Virus record (IMG/VR): IMGVR_UViG_3300035135_002236
Location: 1 to 27,260 of that record
From: a virus
Lineage: Duplodnaviria; Caudoviricetes
DNA: 27,260 bases
Direction: 5' to 3' (one strand)
Below, piece by piece: positions 8,977-17,146 of this stretch (positions within the stretch are counted from its first letter, which is position 1; each line of letters starts with the position of its first letter). A model generated the notes under the pieces. It searched no databases. It saw only the letters and a program-made list of their open reading frames with translations, and was not told the origin of the DNA. Made by a program: the position numbers and the translations under genes.

Positions 8977-9104
8977 AAGCCACACTAAGAGTCCAGCTCG
9001 TAACGTGAGCCACCCGGAATTAGTTGAGGCGTTTTGGACACTGGTGCCTCGAGCCAGCTTTCACGGGAGAGGAAATCCCTGTCCGTTCTCATGGAGATAG
9101 AGAA
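8955..9104 (-). ncRNA. Putative structured 3'-UTR RNA/sRNA
   Basis: 150 nt largely covered by stems: UUCUC/GAGAA hairpin, three-way junction GGACA/UGUCC, GGGA/UCCC, CUGG/CCAG, pseudoknot GAGGC/GCCUC, GGCUC/GAGCU hairpin, terminator. Confidence 0.55.
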
Positions 9105-9347
9105 TTAGTTGATCAGCTCACCTTCAGCGATCTCAGGCTCAGCCTCTTCCTCTTGTGTAGGAAGCAGCTTCTGAAGATCGATGTTGATTACCTCTTGACC
9201 GATGCGAGCCATCTCGATAATCGTGCCCATCACAGCCATGGCGTTCTGACCGTTCTGTGCGCGGACCAAAAGCTCCTTGCATGGTTGACTGAGATCATCA
9301 ACGTTGTAGGTCTGACCGTTGATTTGGATTTGCTGCTGTTCATTCAT
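9105..9347 (-). CDS. Hypothetical protein (80 aa, acidic tail)
   Basis: Start MNEQQQ has an AAGGAG RBS and an ATGA overlap with the upstream stop. Confidence 0.75.
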   Translation of the reverse strand: MNEQQQIQINGQTYNVDDLSQPCKELLVRAQNGQNAMAVMGTIIEMARIGQEVINIDLQKLLPTQEEEAEPEIAEGELIN

Positions 9348-9739
9348 CGAGATTTTCTCCTTGCGTTGTCTCGAATAAGTCGGTAGTTGCGCGGTGCGTT
9401 GAGTGCTAGTTCCGCTTGGGGTGTGTGTCGATCCGTGAATGAATGCCCTCTGCCACATACTTCGCAGTACGGTTCAGCCTGGGCGATCCTGTCGCGGACA
9501 CCAACCATCTCGATGGACAGGTCTTCACCGAAGTGAAGCGGGTCGTCGCCAACTTGGATGACATGTTCCTCGACACCCAAGCCAGTTTTGATATTGACGA
9601 TCCCTTCCTGTCGATCGCGATGATTCCTGACTCCGCGAATCCATATACGATGGTCGAAGGATGAGTTTGGACGCTTATCATCTAAATCGTACCCTCCGTA
9701 AACCACCGTATTTACAGCTCTGGTGATTCGCAGTCCCAT
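9344..9739 (-). CDS. CsrA/RsmA-like RNA-binding protein, tandem arrangement with CxxC insert
   Basis: MGLRITRAVNTVVYGG resembles CsrA MLILTRRVGETLMIG; VGDDPLHFGEDLSIEMVGVR...QAELALNAPRNYRLIR resembles VGETLMIGDEVTVTVLGVK..QVRIGVNAPKEVSVHR. Confidence 0.62.
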   Translation of the reverse strand: MGLRITRAVNTVVYGGYDLDDKRPNSSFDHRIWIRGVRNHRDRQEGIVNIKTGLGVEEHVIQVGDDPLHFGEDLSIEMVGVRDRIAQAEPYCEVCGRGHSFTDRHTPQAELALNAPRNYRLIRDNARRKSR

Positions 9740-9751
9740 AAATGGTGTCCC

Positions 9752-10081
9752 TTAAAATGGCAGGTCGTCCTCTAGGACGGGCTTAGAGGTTTGCACTACA
9801 CCATCATCGGTCTTTGGCTTTTTCTGCCAGACCCTGAGGGCGAGCTGCTCGTTACCTGCTCGGTTAATTTCCTTGCACACGGTGATGCCAAGAGCCAGAA
9901 GACCAGCATCGGTCTCGACGTGAAGGTTCCCTGAATGTGTCGGGATCTTCATGCCTTGCTCTTCTTTTGACATCTCGTTGTACCAGTCATACTGAGTGAG
10001 ACGTTCATGTTCACGCAGCTTGTCGTCTCGTGACGTAAGCCACGCTTTGCCAGTGTTCGGCTTCGGTTGGAAGTCGCTCAT
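9752..10081 (-). CDS. Putative ssDNA-binding protein
   Basis: Ends in EDDLPF, an SSB-type acidic tail; follows the ERF and exonuclease genes. Confidence 0.65.
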   Translation of the reverse strand: MSDFQPKPNTGKAWLTSRDDKLREHERLTQYDWYNEMSKEEQGMKIPTHSGNLHVETDAGLLALGITVCKEINRAGNEQLALRVWQKKPKTDDGVVQTSKPVLEDDLPF

Positions 10082-11124
10082 TAAATAGCTCCATATTTGA
10101 TGTTGATTTGACGGTTGTTGTTCTCTCGACGAAACGTCTCGGGTGAGCCGCCTCGATCAAGAACCGCCTGATCTCCGCCTAGAAATTCGTAGGCTTTGCG
10201 ATAGTCAATGGTTGGGGTTCGATTGATGAGCTGAACGGTGACCAGTCCGTCTGTTACAGAGCATTGGTATTGGTCAGCGATACTCTTCTTCAGCGCATCG
10301 GATTTCTTTTTGATCGCGGCGATCTCTTCTAGGTCGTCACGGTATGTCTCTTGCAGTTCAGCGAGCCGTCTCTGTAAGAAGCTCAGCTCCTCCATCTCTT
10401 TGGTGGGCTTGACCTTCATCACGTCATCGTGAGCTGGCTTGATGTAATCCTGTCGCAGCTCCTCATCGGCGGCGATAGTTTGAATGTGATCGAACCATGC
10501 TTCGTACAAGCTGATGCGTTGCACCGTTCCGGCGGCGGGTTCCGGCATTAGCTTTCCGGGTACGTTCTCTGTGAGCCAGCCTTTGACTCTATCGACACGC
10601 TCCACCTTTACCTTGGGTGTAGCAGCTTCGTTATCAGCGAGGTAACAAATGAAGTCGCACCAATCTACATCGAGGCACTCCATCTGGAGGTACACCTGCC
10701 ACAGGTACATAGCCTTCTTGTCGTCGAAGATGCTGTACGGCTCTTTGTTGTACTTCGGGTAGGGACACTTGATCTCAATGCACCCTGACAAACCAACCAA
10801 ACCATCGGGACTAGCAGCTATGAAGGGGTACTCTGGATGTACAACCAGACCCGTTTCCTCCACTTCATAACCCCTAAGGTACTCTAGGTAGTCACGAGCA
10901 ACCGGCTCCATAGCAGTTCCATGCTCCATTGCCGGAACGATTTCAAACTCGTTCTCACAACCACAGATGTCGCGTACCTTTTGTCGGACAAACTTTTCCT
11001 TTGTAAGGTGTGGGTGTTTGTCCTCAAGCACCGCGATGGTAGACGCAGTCAGCTTGTTCTTGCGTTCATCCAGCCACTCTTGGCTTCCCTGCTCATGCAC
11101 TGAACTTCTCCTTGAGCCACTCAT
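10081..11124 (-). CDS. YqaJ/lambda-exonuclease family nuclease
   Basis: QGSQEWL..R...LTAS, HG...EP.A, AASPDG, IEIKCP, Y..QV..QM motifs. Confidence 0.9.
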   Translation of the reverse strand: MSGSRRSSVHEQGSQEWLDERKNKLTASTIAVLEDKHPHLTKEKFVRQKVRDICGCENEFEIVPAMEHGTAMEPVARDYLEYLRGYEVEETGLVVHPEYPFIAASPDGLVGLSGCIEIKCPYPKYNKEPYSIFDDKKAMYLWQVYLQMECLDVDWCDFICYLADNEAATPKVKVERVDRVKGWLTENVPGKLMPEPAAGTVQRISLYEAWFDHIQTIAADEELRQDYIKPAHDDVMKVKPTKEMEELSFLQRRLAELQETYRDDLEEIAAIKKKSDALKKSIADQYQCSVTDGLVTVQLINRTPTIDYRKAYEFLGGDQAVLDRGGSPETFRRENNNRQINIKYGAI

Positions 11125-11746
11125 CGAACTTGGCGCGATCAGCCTCTAAACCTCTGGCTCGTAATCCTTTTTCGTACTTGATAAATCGCTTTTTGGCTTC
11201 CGTCGCAGTCTTTGCTTCGACTACCTTGGCTTCACCGAACAACCGATTTTTAATCTCAGTTGGATTGGCTTCTTTCTTAACTGGCTTTGCTACCTCAGGC
11301 TCAGGCACCGGCTCGTAATCGTCGTCGGTGATCTCGTCCTCGAGTGACACTGAGGTCTTGTGCTCGATGGCATCCTTATCACCACCAAGACCTAGCGCCA
11401 GAACCAGAGAGAATCGCTTGGCATAAGTTAAGGCAGCTCCGTACTGCGCCTCACTTGGCTTACTGGGCGGAACCTTAACGATCCCGCCAGACATGCGTCC
11501 GCCGCTCGTGTGGTAGATCACAGTCTCCACAGCCACACCGCCTTGTACAGGATGTGAGATATGATGGGCGAACAAGCCGAGTGAATGTAAAAGAGGTGTG
11601 ACTTCAGTCTTAATGACTTCGTACTTCACGTACTTTCCGAAGGCGGCTTTGTCTTTTGCAGCTAGGATTGTGGCGTCGGTATGCCACTTGAGCATTGCTT
11701 CGAGGAGACCGGGCGTTTGCACGTCCTGAGTCGGAGACATTTCCAT
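11093..11746 (-). CDS. erf: ERF-family ssDNA annealing protein
   Basis: HTSG and QYGAALTYAKRFSL...GL...DKD match the ERF signature; start moved to MEMSPT (11746, or 11740) because the listed start lies inside the promoter. Confidence 0.82.
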   Translation of the reverse strand: MEMSPTQDVQTPGLLEAMLKWHTDATILAAKDKAAFGKYVKYEVIKTEVTPLLHSLGLFAHHISHPVQGGVAVETVIYHTSGGRMSGGIVKVPPSKPSEAQYGAALTYAKRFSLVLALGLGGDKDAIEHKTSVSLEDEITDDDYEPVPEPEVAKPVKKEANPTEIKNRLFGEAKVVEAKTATEAKKRFIKYEKGLRARGLEADRAKFDEWLKEKFSA

Positions 11747-11779
11747 GTTCACTATCCATGTTTTGCATATTGAGATGTG

Positions 11780-11808
11780 AATATGGGCAAAAAAAATCAC
11801 CCTGTCAA
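11780..11808 (-). promoter_or_regulatory. sigma70 promoter of the recombination operon with overlapping inverted repeat
   Basis: TTGACA-17 nt-CATATT; TCACCCT (11797-11803) and AGGGTGA (11825-11831) form an inverted pair around the -35. Confidence 0.75.
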
Positions 11809-11845
11809 CACCAAATGGTGATCGAGGGTGACCTTTTCTGGGTTT

Positions 11846-12373
11846 TTAACCTTGTTTCTTTTTAGACCACGAGATTGAGTCGCTGAACTCTTCGATTACT
11901 GAGAAGTTGTGGCTTGATAACGCATAACCGAATCTAGCCAGGTCGATGCAGAGCCACCAGATACCATCAGCGTACGGCGTCATCTTGCAGTACATCAGTC
12001 TAGGCTTTGGTTCCGCTTCATGTATCAAGGTGACGACCGGCTCGTTGGTTGCCAGCACTGTATCAATGGCTTCTGAAAAACCTTTGTATATGTCTGGGTT
12101 CCTAAAGCGTAGCTGGGTCAGCATGTCCGCTTCTGGATCATAACCGTGTGCCCTTACCGACGCGATGGTGCGTTCATCACGCCACACGGTTTTTAAGTCA
12201 TTGCTGACGGCACCGATTAAGATGCCGTCCTTGAAGTTGAGCAACGGTGAGTTGACCGCAGCACTTTTTAACTTCCTGTTTTTCGGCTCGTCCCCCGACG
12301 CGAGCCTTTTCCACAGCTTATCGAGCCAGTAGGCGTCGTTTCTTAATTCTTTGCCATGTACCTCATGATCCAT
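11846..12373 (-). CDS. Stand-alone PAS-like domain protein
   Basis: FSEAIDTVLATNEPVVT...RLMYCKMTPYADGIWWLCIDL follows the PAS_4 C-terminal pattern; overlaps the repressor gene end by 11 nt. Confidence 0.5.
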   Translation of the reverse strand: MDHEVHGKELRNDAYWLDKLWKRLASGDEPKNRKLKSAAVNSPLLNFKDGILIGAVSNDLKTVWRDERTIASVRAHGYDPEADMLTQLRFRNPDIYKGFSEAIDTVLATNEPVVTLIHEAEPKPRLMYCKMTPYADGIWWLCIDLARFGYALSSHNFSVIEEFSDSISWSKKKQG

Positions 12374-12815
12374 TTACCACACTACCCCCATCATTTTCAT
12401 TTTCACTATTGCTTATTTCGGAACCCAGCTTGGCAAGCATGGCTGTCCCGCTGACTTCATCTTTGTAGGCTAAGAGAGTGAGTCTTGCAAACTGACTAGG
12501 CGTCATTTCAGCGTCGTCCCCGCGCTCAACCGCCTTCAAAAGGCGCAAGCATGCGGCTAATTTTTTTTCGTCTAAAACGTCGCTTTTGTGTTCGACACCG
12601 TAAATCCATTCCATGATGTCGATGTCTAGGTGCTCGGCTACACGCCAAATTTCATCGTGTCCCCGAGGTAGTGCGCCAGATTGCCAGTTAGACACCTGAC
12701 CGTGTGATACCCCGAGGTCACGAGCAAGGTTCTGGGTTTTGCCCCAGTCCCGATAACCCGCCTCGCGGCACTTACGTTCAAAATAAAGAGCGCGTTGCTC
12801 TTTTGAAATTTCCAT
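12363..12815 (-). CDS. XRE-family HTH repressor-like protein
   Basis: QNLARDLGVSHGQVSNWQSGALP...IWRVAEHLDIDIMEWIYG; divergent from the replication operon; no S24 peptidase motifs visible. Confidence 0.85.
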   Translation of the reverse strand: MEISKEQRALYFERKCREAGYRDWGKTQNLARDLGVSHGQVSNWQSGALPRGHDEIWRVAEHLDIDIMEWIYGVEHKSDVLDEKKLAACLRLLKAVERGDDAEMTPSQFARLTLLAYKDEVSGTAMLAKLGSEISNSENENDGGSVVNGS

Positions 12816-12925
12816 TGTCGATCCTTGTTTCCGAGTGTGGAAACCGGAATATACAGATTCAGTTGGGATTTGGAAATCCTGTAATTACATCCAGTGGTTT
12901 CGATTTAAATACCGATTCAACCCTG

Positions 12926-12952
12926 TTGACTTCCCGATTGAGTAGGCATAAT
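12926..12952 (+). promoter_or_regulatory. Putative rightward promoter
   Basis: TTGACT-15 nt-CATAAT; good hexamers but short spacer. Confidence 0.4.
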
Positions 12953-12966
12953 GTGGCTCACTCACC

Positions 12967-13632
12967 ATGGATTTGGGGGCAAGAATGGGTGACACCGCTA
13001 ACGATTTCACGATCGTCCTGAACAAGGTCATGCGTGACAATCGACTAGATGCAAGTGGTCTAGGTCTGCTCTGTTACTTACATCACCTCCCCGAGACATG
13101 GGTCGTCGTACCGTCCCAGTTAGCAGAAAGGTTTGGTTGTAGCCGTAACAAGATTGTTCGTCTCCTCACCACGCTCGCTGAATTAGGTTACGTCGATTGC
13201 AATCAACCCAGAAATCAAGATGGGTCGTTTAGCAAGAGAGTATGGAAAGTGTCCAAAACCGGGGTCCCGGATAAACCGGACGCGGTAAAACGGACACTAC
13301 TAAATACTAATAACTTACAAAAAACTAACCAAGACAAAGAACAAAACCTCACTTGGCGGGAAAAATTCTACGAGCAGTGTCCCACGTTCTGCTCCAAGTC
13401 GTCTTGGAAGCGATGGATCGACTACAAGGCTGAGCGCAACAAAAACCGTCCGTTTAGTCAGCGCACCGTAACGCAATCGAAGAACAAGCTCGAGTCACTA
13501 CACCGTCACGGCTATTCGGCTGACGCAGTTATCGAAGTCACCATCAACAGGAACTGGGTAGGTATCGGTGATCACACCTATAAGACCTACAACCAGTGCA
13601 AGCGGAACGTGGCTGACGAGATGATAATTTAA
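12967..13632 (+). CDS. Replication initiator (winged-HTH N-terminus)
   Basis: RDNRLDASGLGLLCYL...LAERFGCSRNKIVRLLTTLAELGYV; directly upstream of primase-helicase; start may be 12985. Confidence 0.75.
   Translation: MDLGARMGDTANDFTIVLNKVMRDNRLDASGLGLLCYLHHLPETWVVVPSQLAERFGCSRNKIVRLLTTLAELGYVDCNQPRNQDGSFSKRVWKVSKTGVPDKPDAVKRTLLNTNNLQKTNQDKEQNLTWREKFYEQCPTFCSKSSWKRWIDYKAERNKNRPFSQRTVTQSKNKLESLHRHGYSADAVIEVTINRNWVGIGDHTYKTYNQCKRNVADEMII
13251..13350. repeat. Putative iteron/AT-rich origin inside the initiator gene
   Basis: AAAACCGG, CGGATAAACCGGAC and CGGTAAAACGGAC repeats followed by an A-rich, G-poor tract. Confidence 0.5.
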
Positions 13633-15467
13633 TGGATATAAGAGAACTCAAGCAGGAGCTGGGCAGTCGTGCCTTGTCGTTGTGCAGTACGTTATTTCCT
13701 GACGGCAGAGTTGAAGGTCAGGAGTTTAAAGTAGGCTCCGTTTCGGGGGAGCCAGGGCGATCTCTGAGCGTGTACCTCAGCGGCGAACGTGCTGGTAACT
13801 GGACAGACTTCGCTACCGGCGAAGGTGGCGACATGATTGACCTGATCATGCAAGCCCATCGCATGGATATTAAAGACGCCATGGAATGGGGTCGTCGTGA
13901 GTGCAACATTAGAGAGAAGCACCACGCGAAGATACGTTCACCGCAGCCAAAAGAACACCGCGCTGCACAGTTACCCACGCCGCACGAGAACAACGAGGTT
14001 CTGGAAAAGGTCATGCTCGAGCGCGGCTTTCAGAACTGCGAGTCAATTATCGAGCGTCACAAGATTTATGCTTGCACATTCAAAGCCGGTTTCCATGTGG
14101 TGTTTCCGTACTACAGTCCAGAAGGCAAGCTCGAGTTAGTAAAGAACAAGCCGCTGGATCATGAGGGCAATCCCGGCACTTGCGGACAGAGCAATCTCAA
14201 ACCGATTTTGTTTGGTTGGCAGACCATGCCACCGGCAAGCCGACAGGTCTGGATTACCGAGGGCGAGTGGGATGCTATTGCTTGTACAGAGATCGGCTTC
14301 CCTGCACTCAGTGTGCCCATGGGCGGAGGCAAGGGAGCAAAGCAAACCAAGTGGATTGCAAACGAGTACGAGAACCTTGCCCGGTTTGACGAGATCATCA
14401 TCGCCACTGACATGGATGAGCAAGGCGAGCTGGCTGCGAAAGAGATTGCTCAGCGTCTCGGTGATCGTTGTATCCGCATCAAGATTCCTGCCAAAGACAT
14501 CAATGAGCTGCTTCAAAAAGTTGGCATGGAGCAAGCAAAGTTTGCCCTTCAAAAATGTTACGAAGACGCCAAGTGGCAGGACCCAGAAACGCTCAGGTCC
14601 GTAGCAGAGTTTGCTGATGATGTAGCTGATTACTTTACTGACAAAGAGGGAGATGTTTCCGGCTTTGGTATGGGCTGGGAGAAAACCGACAGCCTCGGAT
14701 ATCGCTTCCGACCGAGTGAGCTGATCGGATGTGTTGGATTCTCCGGGTCGCGGAAGACCATGTTCCTTGGTCAAGTATCTCTAAACGCTATCGAGCAGGG
14801 TCAGAAAGTATTAGTGGCGTCGATGGAGATGTCTCCGAAGATGTTGCTCGGAAGAATGTTTCAACAGGCTTGCGCCGTTGCCAATCCTACGCCTGAGTAT
14901 CAGACAAAGGTGATGGAGTGGATGGCTCAAAACTTCTGGCTTTTCATCGATGACCTGAACCCCAAGGTAGGCGACCTGCTCAAGTGCTTCGAGTACGCAT
15001 ATCGTCGTTACGGGGTGAATGTATTCATCATCGACAGCATGACCTGCATGTGCTCGCACGAGGACTACCGAAAGCAGCAAGAGATCGTCGAGCAAATCGT
15101 TCAGTTTAAGAACGCACTGAACTGCACAGTTTTTCTCGTCACCCACTCACGCAAACAAGAAGACGAAAGTCGCGCTCCCGGAAAGATGGATGTCAAGGGA
15201 ACCGGGGCTATTACAGATCTCGCCGACAGCTTCTTCTCTATCTGGATCAACAAGAAAAAAGCAGAGCACATGCGCTACTGCCAAATCACAGATGAAGAAC
15301 CTGACGAAAAGATCGCTTCTCAATGGGATGTTCAGGTCAATGTTTTAAAGAACCGCAACGGTCAGTTCGAAGGAAGCATCGGCTTCGACTTCGACCCTGT
15401 CACCTTGCAGTTCCTCGAGCAAAAGCGCGGCAAATCACGGAAGTACATTCAATGGAGTAAAGCATGA
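13632..15467 (+). CDS. DNA primase-helicase (TOPRIM + SF4 helicase)
   Basis: ITEGEWDA, ATDMDEQG, KDINELL; Walker A GFSGSRKT, Walker B IIDS, HSRK, KGTGAITDLAD, KNRNG. Confidence 0.92.
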   Translation: MDIRELKQELGSRALSLCSTLFPDGRVEGQEFKVGSVSGEPGRSLSVYLSGERAGNWTDFATGEGGDMIDLIMQAHRMDIKDAMEWGRRECNIREKHHAKIRSPQPKEHRAAQLPTPHENNEVLEKVMLERGFQNCESIIERHKIYACTFKAGFHVVFPYYSPEGKLELVKNKPLDHEGNPGTCGQSNLKPILFGWQTMPPASRQVWITEGEWDAIACTEIGFPALSVPMGGGKGAKQTKWIANEYENLARFDEIIIATDMDEQGELAAKEIAQRLGDRCIRIKIPAKDINELLQKVGMEQAKFALQKCYEDAKWQDPETLRSVAEFADDVADYFTDKEGDVSGFGMGWEKTDSLGYRFRPSELIGCVGFSGSRKTMFLGQVSLNAIEQGQKVLVASMEMSPKMLLGRMFQQACAVANPTPEYQTKVMEWMAQNFWLFIDDLNPKVGDLLKCFEYAYRRYGVNVFIIDSMTCMCSHEDYRKQQEIVEQIVQFKNALNCTVFLVTHSRKQEDESRAPGKMDVKGTGAITDLADSFFSIWINKKKAEHMRYCQITDEEPDEKIASQWDVQVNVLKNRNGQFEGSIGFDFDPVTLQFLEQKRGKSRKYIQWSKA

Positions 15468-15799
15468 TTCAACAAGAGCAGTTCGCAGAGAACATTCGTA
15501 CGGCAGGAGCCGCAGTAGAGACAGCCGAGCGACTGGCGGCAGTCAAAGAAGCCGAAGAGAAAAAGCTCTTCGCTCGATTTCAAGTAGAGGCTGAGGCTCA
15601 GGGTCACAAGACAGCCGCAGCTCAGACACGTTACGCCGACTACCAAGAGGAGATGTTTCAAGCCCGCATGGATAAGGGCGTAGCCAAGGCAGCGATCTCT
15701 GCTGCGAAAGCAAACCTCCTCGCTGCTGAGGTCGAGTTCAAGACGTGGCAGACACAGATGGCAACGATACGACAGGAGAAACGAGTTTATGGGAGCTGA
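15464..15799 (+). CDS. Helical hypothetical protein
   Basis: Ala-rich coiled coil, GGAG RBS, ATGA coupling. Confidence 0.75.
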   Translation: MIQQEQFAENIRTAGAAVETAERLAAVKEAEEKKLFARFQVEAEAQGHKTAAAQTRYADYQEEMFQARMDKGVAKAAISAAKANLLAAEVEFKTWQTQMATIRQEKRVYGS

Positions 15800-15959
15800 T
15801 AAAGAACCAGACTGGGTCGAGCTGGCGCGTGAATCAATCGAGGCAGACCAGCGGAAAGATATTCGCCGATCAATCGAGCACTTTGCCGATCTGATCAAGA
15901 AGCAAAAGGCTCGCAACGAGCAAGCACTTAGAGACGTGAGGGTAAATGAAAAAGGATGA
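15789..15959 (+). CDS. Hypothetical protein (56 aa)
   Basis: MGADKEPDWVELARESIE...; AGGAG RBS; fills the gap and ends in an ATGA overlap; not in the ORF track. Confidence 0.65.
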   Translation: MGADKEPDWVELARESIEADQRKDIRRSIEHFADLIKKQKARNEQALRDVRVNEKG

Positions 15960-16264
15960 AGTCAAGAAGTCCAACCCGTGCGGAACGGGAATGGATGGAT
16001 GCCATAACGAATCACGGCTGTGTCGTGTGTCAAAGGGAATTTGGGATCTTCACGGAGACGGAGATTCATCATTTAGATGGGAAGACCAAGCCGGGTGCTC
16101 ACTTGAAAAGCATTCCACTGTGCTATCGCCATCACAGAGAAGGAGAAGACTGCAATGGGTATACCTCTCGACACCCGTTCAAGAAACGGTTTGAACAACG
16201 GTACGGAACAGAGCAGGAACTCCTCGAGTCCCTCCAGAGGGAGCTTGGATTCTGCTACACCTGA
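15956..16264 (+). CDS. Ref-like/HNH-type Zn-binding nuclease
   Basis: GCVVC...EIHH...IPLCYRHH motif set. Confidence 0.75.
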   Translation: MKSRSPTRAEREWMDAITNHGCVVCQREFGIFTETEIHHLDGKTKPGAHLKSIPLCYRHHREGEDCNGYTSRHPFKKRFEQRYGTEQELLESLQRELGFCYT

Positions 16265-16502
16265 GGAGTGGGATCGCGTGTCAAAGCCAAAGCACTATCG
16301 CTCGCACCATGACGAGTATCCAGAACTCGAGTGCATCGATGCTATTCAGGCATCCATGCCACCAGATCAGTTCGCCGCCTATCTCAAAGGTTCAGCCATG
16401 AAGTATCTGTGGCGCTACGAGAACAAGGGCGAGCCTCTTAACGATCTACGGAAGGCTAAGACCTTCATCGAGTTTCTGATTGCCCATGTCAATCAACAGT
16501 AG
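16155..16502 (+). CDS. DUF3310-like protein
   Basis: V.KP.HY, ECIDAI, KG.AMKYLWR...KG...DLRKA; start uncertain. Confidence 0.8.
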   Translation: MGIPLDTRSRNGLNNGTEQSRNSSSPSRGSLDSATPEEWDRVSKPKHYRSHHDEYPELECIDAIQASMPPDQFAAYLKGSAMKYLWRYENKGEPLNDLRKAKTFIEFLIAHVNQQ

Positions 16503-16923
16503 AAACAAAGGAGCCACCTTCGAGCGCGAGGTGTGCCGTTGGATAGAAGATGAGTTCGGTGTGAAGGTTCGGAGAAACCTCGAGCAGTATCAGGTCGTCG
16601 ATTTAGGCGACATCTTGCTGTCACCGTTCACCATCGAGTGTAAGCGCTACGGGTCGGGCAACTGGCACAAGCCAGATTGGTGGGAGCAAGTTTGTCGTGC
16701 AGCTCGCGACGACAGCATCCCGTTACTCATCTATCGGTTCGACCGACAGCCTACACGGCTGGTGTTTCCTCTGTACGTCTTGGGGGACTACCCAACCAAC
16801 AACGATATGACCTGTACGGTCGGGCTTGAGGAAGGAGCGATGATCATTCGAGAGGTACTGAATGCGACCCGCAGATTTCAGGCATCAAGTGAGCCGGTCA
16901 GCGAAGAAGCTGTATTGGGCTGA
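16486..16923 (+). CDS. PD-(D/E)XK nuclease, Holliday-junction-resolvase-like
   Basis: NSRNKGATFERE, GDI, IECKR, WWEQ motifs. Confidence 0.78.
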   Translation: MSINSRNKGATFEREVCRWIEDEFGVKVRRNLEQYQVVDLGDILLSPFTIECKRYGSGNWHKPDWWEQVCRAARDDSIPLLIYRFDRQPTRLVFPLYVLGDYPTNNDMTCTVGLEEGAMIIREVLNATRRFQASSEPVSEEAVLG

Positions 16924-17146
16924 CGTAATAGCTGATATCGAGGACAGGTTCCCTCCAGCATTTCACGCGCTGGCAATTGAGACCGTCCTTTACTACCTAC
17001 CCCCCGAGATTTGTGACCAGCCGGACATAGATACTCGCCGCGCCATCATCGACTCCATACCGGATGACTGCGAGCCTTCGCATGCCAAAGGTCTGGTCAA
17101 GGAGCACGTCAAGATTCTCTGGAGGAAACGTGCCGTTCGCTCATGA
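16862..17146 (+). CDS. Hypothetical protein
   Basis: 94-aa ORF with GAGG RBS filling the operon. Confidence 0.65.
   Translation: MRPADFRHQVSRSAKKLYWADVIADIEDRFPPAFHALAIETVLYYLPPEICDQPDIDTRRAIIDSIPDDCEPSHAKGLVKEHVKILWRKRAVRS

Noticed and set aside
8877-8978. N-terminal extension of the integrase in the ORF track
   Set aside because: Begins at a terminator hairpin and runs through the likely promoter; a better RBS precedes 8876.
13692-16194. Antisense and alternate-frame ORFs over the primase-helicase and neighbours
   Set aside because: Lie over well-supported genes and show no recognisable features.
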